IMG/VR virus record: IMGVR_UViG_3300006103_001171
Origin: an uncultured virus (IMG/VR IMGVR_UViG_3300006103_001171)
Lineage: Duplodnaviria; Heunggongvirae; Uroviricota; Caudoviricetes
Strand: one strand, 5' to 3'
Length of the DNA: 64,000 nucleotides
Position numbers and translations under genes: made by a program. Each line of letters begins with the position of its first letter. The first letter of the stretch is position 1. A model generated the notes under the pieces. The model searched no databases, was not told where the DNA came from, and saw nothing but the letters and a program-made list of their open reading frames with translations. Below, piece by piece: positions 58,714-64,000 of the stretch.

Positions 58714-60768
58714 ATGGCTAGTAATAGAATAAAAGTTTTAGGTTATGCTCAAAAAGTAGTATATGAGGACCAAGTCCAATATACACCATACACCCCAGAT
58801 TTAGTTGGTTTTCAATTAGCTAGTAATGGTGGTACCCCTCTATTTACGATGGGTAACTTTTATGTTACAACAAACCTTGAGCCAAAAGTTAATAAAGTAT
58901 TTGTAACCAATAATCAATCTAATTATAAGTCATTAAATGATATTAATTCTACTGGACAAGATATTCAAGTATTATTAGATAATAATAATATTGTTGTTTT
59001 AAATCTTGATAAAACAAATTTATCTAATTATGCATTATTTAATTCACTTTCTGAATATGTTAGGGTTGCATTAGAAAATATTATCACAAATTGGCCAGCT
59101 GCTTTATATGTTAAACCATTATATGCGTTACCACCAAATTATTCAACTCAAAGTGGTGTTACATTTCAAAATTATTCATTCAATAATCTTACAAGTGTTT
59201 CCACTTTTGCCATTAATACAAATGTAATAGTTAATAATTTTCAAATAAACTATTTAGCTAGTGGTTCATTAGAAAAAACTTTTAACTCAACTAATTCATT
59301 AAGAAATATTGCGTTAAATTATTCACAATATTCAATTTTACTTAATGGGGTAGAGTACCCTATTTTAGGTTTTACTGGTTCCACACAAATATCTAATGAT
59401 TATATATATCTTTCAGTTAGTGGTGATGTATTTTCTGGTGCTGTTAGTGGATATAATACGTATCACATTAAACCAAATACTACACAAGAAAATTTATTTT
59501 ATAATTCATTACCAAATTTTGAATATTATTTATTAAATAGATTATCAAATCCTTTATTTACAGCAACTTTTAGTTTTTCAGTTAAAACCGATTCTGGTGG
59601 TATAGCTTATACAACAAATAGTGTTACTTGGCCAACTAGTGATGGGTACAATATTGATTTTGATTCAGATGCTTATACAGATTATGCAACCAATTTATTA
59701 AATATTTCAACAAGTTATGATGATACAACTGGTAATTTAATGGTTAGATTCCTTGTAACAGAATCAATAACTGAATTTGATACATCAAGTGTTTATTTAG
59801 GTGATTTAGACCAAGATTCTACCGACCAAAAAATGAATAAGACACTAACCATCTATGGTGTTGAATACGATGAAATAAATAATTACATACAAGGTATTAG
59901 ATTTGTTAATACTGTATCATATGATAAAAATAATAATACACCAGATATCTATTTAAAAAGTATTGCGAATATTTTAGGTTGGGACTTAGTTTCATCTATT
60001 TTAGAGAATGACTTATTAAGAAGTTATGTAACCCCTAACAAATCAACATATGCTGGGCATGGTGTTGGTTTAACGTTACAAGAAGCTGATACTGAACTAT
60101 GGAGAAGAATTATATTAAATTCACCTTGGATATGGAAATCAAAGGGTACTAGAAAAGCTATTGAATTTTTATTTAAGTTTATAGGTACACCTTCTGGTCT
60201 AATCACATTTAATGAATACGTTTATGCCGCTGAAGAATCAATTGATGTTGATTTATTTAAAAGTGTTTTAGCTTTAAATAAATTAAGTACTGATATATCA
60301 AATTATCCTATAGATTTAAACGGAAACCCTAAACCATTAATTAACACATCATCAATTTACTTTCAAAGTAATGGGTTATGGTATAGGGAAACTGGGGGTG
60401 CCAATTCAATGTTAGATATAACAACAGGTAACAATCCACATATTGGACCATATGACGGTGGTTCAACATATTTAAATCAATTTAAAACACTTATACCTAA
60501 TTTTAGTGCTGTAACCGTAAGTTCACAAACTGTTACAACAGTCACTCTTAATATGTTTACAAATTATAATTCTGGTACGTTTGACTTTTATAGTGGTGAT
60601 ACTTATATTAAGGTAATTGATTCAAAAAATATTGATATAACAGCATCTGGTACTACTATATCAATAATTGATGACCCATATAATCGTTTAGAATTTAACT
60701 GTAACGAGTGTCCAATACCTAATGATACAAAATCATTAAGTATTCTAATAAAAGGTAATAAAAGGTAA
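58714..60768 (+). CDS. Putative baseplate wedge protein (P2 gpI / T4 gp7-like region)
   Basis: PDIYLKSIANILGW and WIWKSKGTRKAIEFLFKFIG resemble the K.KGT..AI motif of this family. Confidence 0.6.
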   Translation: MASNRIKVLGYAQKVVYEDQVQYTPYTPDLVGFQLASNGGTPLFTMGNFYVTTNLEPKVNKVFVTNNQSNYKSLNDINSTGQDIQVLLDNNNIVVLNLDKTNLSNYALFNSLSEYVRVALENIITNWPAALYVKPLYALPPNYSTQSGVTFQNYSFNNLTSVSTFAINTNVIVNNFQINYLASGSLEKTFNSTNSLRNIALNYSQYSILLNGVEYPILGFTGSTQISNDYIYLSVSGDVFSGAVSGYNTYHIKPNTTQENLFYNSLPNFEYYLLNRLSNPLFTATFSFSVKTDSGGIAYTTNSVTWPTSDGYNIDFDSDAYTDYATNLLNISTSYDDTTGNLMVRFLVTESITEFDTSSVYLGDLDQDSTDQKMNKTLTIYGVEYDEINNYIQGIRFVNTVSYDKNNNTPDIYLKSIANILGWDLVSSILENDLLRSYVTPNKSTYAGHGVGLTLQEADTELWRRIILNSPWIWKSKGTRKAIEFLFKFIGTPSGLITFNEYVYAAEESIDVDLFKSVLALNKLSTDISNYPIDLNGNPKPLINTSSIYFQSNGLWYRETGGANSMLDITTGNNPHIGPYDGGSTYLNQFKTLIPNFSAVTVSSQTVTTVTLNMFTNYNSGTFDFYSGDTYIKVIDSKNIDITASGTTISIIDDPYNRLEFNCNECPIPNDTKSLSILIKGNKR

Positions 60769-60776
60769 TAATTAAA

Positions 60777-63700
60777 ATGATAAATTTATATAATAACACA
60801 AACTTAAATTATAACCCACCATTTAATATCATTTTAAATCCAAATGGTAATAGTGGTGAAATGTTTATTGTTACACCAGATGAAACATGTACATTAAATA
60901 TTTCATTTGATTATCTTTTCAAATTTGATTGTGCTGATTTACTTAGTTATACCAGAACTGGCAATAATTTATTAAGTTTGTTTGAATCAATAGGTGCATC
61001 AGTATCACTTAATTTATTAACAACAAATGATAAAAAAGTTACATCAACATCAGTATATAATGAAACATTTTTTAAACCAATTGGTGTTGGAAATATGTTT
61101 AATTACCTTAATAATTTAAATGGTGCATCTTCTGGATTTTTCTTATGTGGTGAAATTGGTAATGACCCAACGTGCCATCCGTTAACTATTGATAATGCTA
61201 GTTCAACAACTTGTTCATTAGTTTTACCATCCATATATACAAGTTTACAAAATGAATATGGTTCTAAAATAACAAAAAGTTTTAACCCCTTAATTATTTC
61301 TGGTTTATCATCTACTTGGTCTAAATATAGTAAAGATATAACAGATTCAGCCATAATTAATAAAATTATTAATAAAAATATTAATATAAGTGTTGAAGTT
61401 AGTGGTACCGTTATTAATACATATGTTTTATTGGATAATATAGTAATTAAAAGAAATTGTACACATATTAGTGAAAATGATATTTTTGTATCTAAATCTC
61501 CAGGTTTTAATCTTAAAAAAGTTGTTGATAATAAAAAATCTTGGGTTTTAAATAAAAATGCTGAGGAAAGAGCGTTCAATGTTCCAAATATTACCAATTT
61601 ATTAACAAAAAGAGAAACTGATTATACAATAAATAATGGTTCACTTGTTCTTAATTCAAAAGAAATTGATTTAAATCTTGATATTTCTAAAGCTGTTGAA
61701 ACAGATGTTTGGACATATATTGTTAATAATCCATGTATTTTAACTGGGTATAATGTTGACACAAAAATTGTCACTAAACAAGTCAGCACACCAATTTATT
61801 CATCTGGAACTATTATATGTAGTGCACAATCGGTTAGTGTTTGTATTAGTGATGGTTGTGGTGATAAACCAATTAATATTAATGCGTTAACAACACAACC
61901 ATTAAGCTTGGTGAAAACGGTTGAAAATTTTGAAGCATATGTTGAATCAGAATTGGTTGACGGTAAAAATAGAAAAATAATTTCATCATATCCAACACTT
62001 AGATTACTCTATGATAGGTATATAAATAGTTTAGATTATTGCGGTACAAAATCAAATAATTTTGATTATTTTAAAATGATTAATTTCACTAATCTTATTG
62101 GTAATTATTGGGTTGACTTAATTGAACAAGTAATGCCAGCAACAACCATTTGGAATTCAACAAAGGTTTATGGTAATACAATATTTGATTCACAAAAATT
62201 TCAATATAAACCAAATACATTATTTTTTGGTACCGCTAGTACTTATAATCAAGTATTAAGTCCATGTACAGGTGTAACTTGTGGTGTTGATGTTAAAACA
62301 AGTGTAATCTTAAGTGGGTCAAGTAATATTTCAGAATTCTTAAGTCCAAAAACAAATAATGATTTTAGTAATGCTTATTTAATACAATATAATAGTGGTT
62401 CAGAATTTATTGGTTCTGTAACTAAAACAGTTAATTTCACATGTAATATTGAATTATCAACAAACACTACAAATGCTTTACCTAATAATACAGGTGGTAT
62501 TTGTAATACAATCCTAAGTAGTCCAAATGGTGCTGTTAACTATTCATTAAGTGCTAAATCATCAAATTCAATCATACAAAGTGGTCAGGGTGTAATGGTT
62601 CTTCCAATATTTAATAATTTATCAGCTGATACTTACACATTAACTGTTACGGATATTTATGGTTGTCACCAAAACTCAACATTTGTTATTTCATATAACC
62701 CTTGTGTATTAACATTTACATCGGTTAACACTAATTCATTTAAGGGTATGAATAATGGTTTCGTTACTATTTCAAATATTAACGATACTGGATTAGTAAC
62801 TGGTTATACATTAACAAGTGGTGCGACAACAATAAGTGCTGGTACATTTAATAACCAAAACAATAACCAACAATTATCTTTAACAATTGCTAATTTATCA
62901 GCTGGAACTTATTCACTAACACTAACTGATAATTATGGTTGTAACGTAACTAGTGGTGTAACAATTAATGAAAATCCTTGTATTTTAAGTACTACAGCAT
63001 TATCTGTACCATTTACACAATTTGATGATGGTACTGGAACTGGTTCCATAACTCTTAATGTTACTAATGCTTACGGTATACCTAGTTCAATACCAGCTGG
63101 TAACCCTCAACCAACATCAATCCAATCACCTAATTTAGGTGTATCATATACTGTAAGTGGTATAACAACAAATAAAACTGGGACAATTAATGATGTTAAT
63201 AATCATACCGAAGGTAATTTAAGTGCTGGTGCTTATAATGTTAAATTTATCGATAATTCAGCTATAGGTTGTTATTCTAGTACGACACTATCCATACCAA
63301 AAATAACATATAGTGGTTATGCTGGTTATTGTGAAATTGCAACCGCTGACTTTAAACTTAGGGAGTTTATAACTGGGTTTAGTTCACCAGTTTTATCATA
63401 TTGGTTTCCAACAACTAAAAATGGTGGTAAAAATAGAATTTATGTTTTATTTAACGTCAATTCTAATTCAACTAATACTATTACTTCTAATATTTATTAT
63501 CTTGACAATTCAAATGATTTTATTAAATCAACAACACCATACACACCATATTTTACTAGTTCAGATTTTAAACCAATTGGTACATATAATGGGAATACGG
63601 TTAATAATTTTTATAAAAACGCTATATTTGATGAAAATAATAACAATATATATTTTTGTGGCGAAAATAGCATAAATCCAAATAGTGGTGCTAATAGCAT

Positions 63701-64000
63701 AAATCCAAATAATGGTGGTTTGGATGTTTATGATATTGATACAGATACATGGGTTGGTACAATACCTTATGGTTCAAATGATACTAATGATAGACAAGTT
63801 TTATATTCATACTCAACAAATGTAAATAATAAAACAATTAAATTCATTGTTGTAAATAATTCAAAAATAGACCGTGGTGGTGGTGCTTATGGTGGTGGCT
63901 TTACCGTTTACCAAGCTAATACAATAAAACCTTATTTACAGAATCCAACAAAAAATAGTTTAGTATCATTTGATATTGTCTTAGATGCAGGTAATAATAT
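60777..64000 (+). CDS. Large structural protein with SprB-like repeats, 3'-truncated (missing from the ORF track)
   Basis: ATG at 60777; my manual translation (MINLYNNTNLNY...) found no stop before the window end. Contains NLSADTYTLTVTDIYGC, NLSAGTYSLTLTDNYGC and NLSAGAYNVKFID. Confidence 0.8.
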   Translation, partial: MINLYNNTNLNYNPPFNIILNPNGNSGEMFIVTPDETCTLNISFDYLFKFDCADLLSYTRTGNNLLSLFESIGASVSLNLLTTNDKKVTSTSVYNETFFKPIGVGNMFNYLNNLNGASSGFFLCGEIGNDPTCHPLTIDNASSTTCSLVLPSIYTSLQNEYGSKITKSFNPLIISGLSSTWSKYSKDITDSAIINKIINKNINISVEVSGTVINTYVLLDNIVIKRNCTHISENDIFVSKSPGFNLKKVVDNKKSWVLNKNAEERAFNVPNITNLLTKRETDYTINNGSLVLNSKEIDLNLDISKAVETDVWTYIVNNPCILTGYNVDTKIVTKQVSTPIYSSGTIICSAQSVSVCISDGCGDKPININALTTQPLSLVKTVENFEAYVESELVDGKNRKIISSYPTLRLLYDRYINSLDYCGTKSNNFDYFKMINFTNLIGNYWVDLIEQVMPATTIWNSTKVYGNTIFDSQKFQYKPNTLFFGTASTYNQVLSPCTGVTCGVDVKTSVILSGSSNISEFLSPKTNNDFSNAYLIQYNSGSEFIGSVTKTVNFTCNIELSTNTTNALPNNTGGICNTILSSPNGAVNYSLSAKSSNSIIQSGQGVMVLPIFNNLSADTYTLTVTDIYGCHQNSTFVISYNPCVLTFTSVNTNSFKGMNNGFVTISNINDTGLVTGYTLTSGATTISAGTFNNQNNNQQLSLTIANLSAGTYSLTLTDNYGCNVTSGVTINENPCILSTTALSVPFTQFDDGTGTGSITLNVTNAYGIPSSIPAGNPQPTSIQSPNLGVSYTVSGITTNKTGTINDVNNHTEGNLSAGAYNVKFIDNSAIGCYSSTTLSIPKITYSGYAGYCEIATADFKLREFITGFSSPVLSYWFPTTKNGGKNRIYVLFNVNSNSTNTITSNIYYLDNSNDFIKSTTPYTPYFTSSDFKPIGTYNGNTVNNFYKNAIFDENNNNIYFCGENSINPNSGANSINPNNGGLDVYDIDTDTWVGTIPYGSNDTNDRQVLYSYSTNVNNKTIKFIVVNNSKIDRGGGAYGGGFTVYQANTIKPYLQNPTKNSLVSFDIVLDAGNN

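Noticed and set aside
1386..63675. Short minus-strand and alternate-frame ORFs in the track (e.g. 4225..4542, 17262..17621, 23773..24219, 61103..61597, 63421..63675)
   Set aside because: They lie within or largely overlap long + strand genes, lack motifs or start signals, and are expected shadows of biased codon usage.
1..64000. Stop-codon reassignment as in some large phages
   Set aside because: Conserved genes are intact in the standard code; TAG ends tube, SSB and helicase genes at plausible C-termini and TGA is also used as a stop.
1..64000. tRNA or rRNA genes
   Set aside because: Intergenic gaps are short and AT-rich and I saw no cloverleaf or T-loop signatures; a tRNAscan-SE or Infernal run would be the formal check.

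Overview
AT-rich window from a large myovirus-type (jumbo-like) phage genome, read in the standard genetic code, with every credible gene on the + strand. The host is probably Bacteroidota: there are five TTG-N19/20-TATATTTG promoters, A-rich leaders without obvious Shine-Dalgarno sites, and SprB-like repeats. Gene order: fibre/lectin genes; a cassette of two glycosyltransferases, a sulfotransferase and an APS kinase; a 2126-aa tail sheath; a free-standing endonuclease; two probable internal proteins; the tail tube; a second endonuclease; a frameshift-type tail chaperone pair; tape measure; baseplate hub and spike genes; a replication block (SSB, RecA, 5'-3' exonuclease, helicase, NrdB, intein-containing NrdA); then baseplate wedge and large structural genes running off the end. 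The most notable observation is a ~1275-aa insertion in the sheath made of 12 ~86-aa units followed by 12 ~18-aa units, which fits a nested 'Russian-doll' filament. It lies next to the glycosylation/sulfation cassette. Also notable: both endonuclease genes are associated with recoded duplicate copies of the 3' end of the structural gene they follow. All product calls come from motif recognition by eye; no database searches were run.
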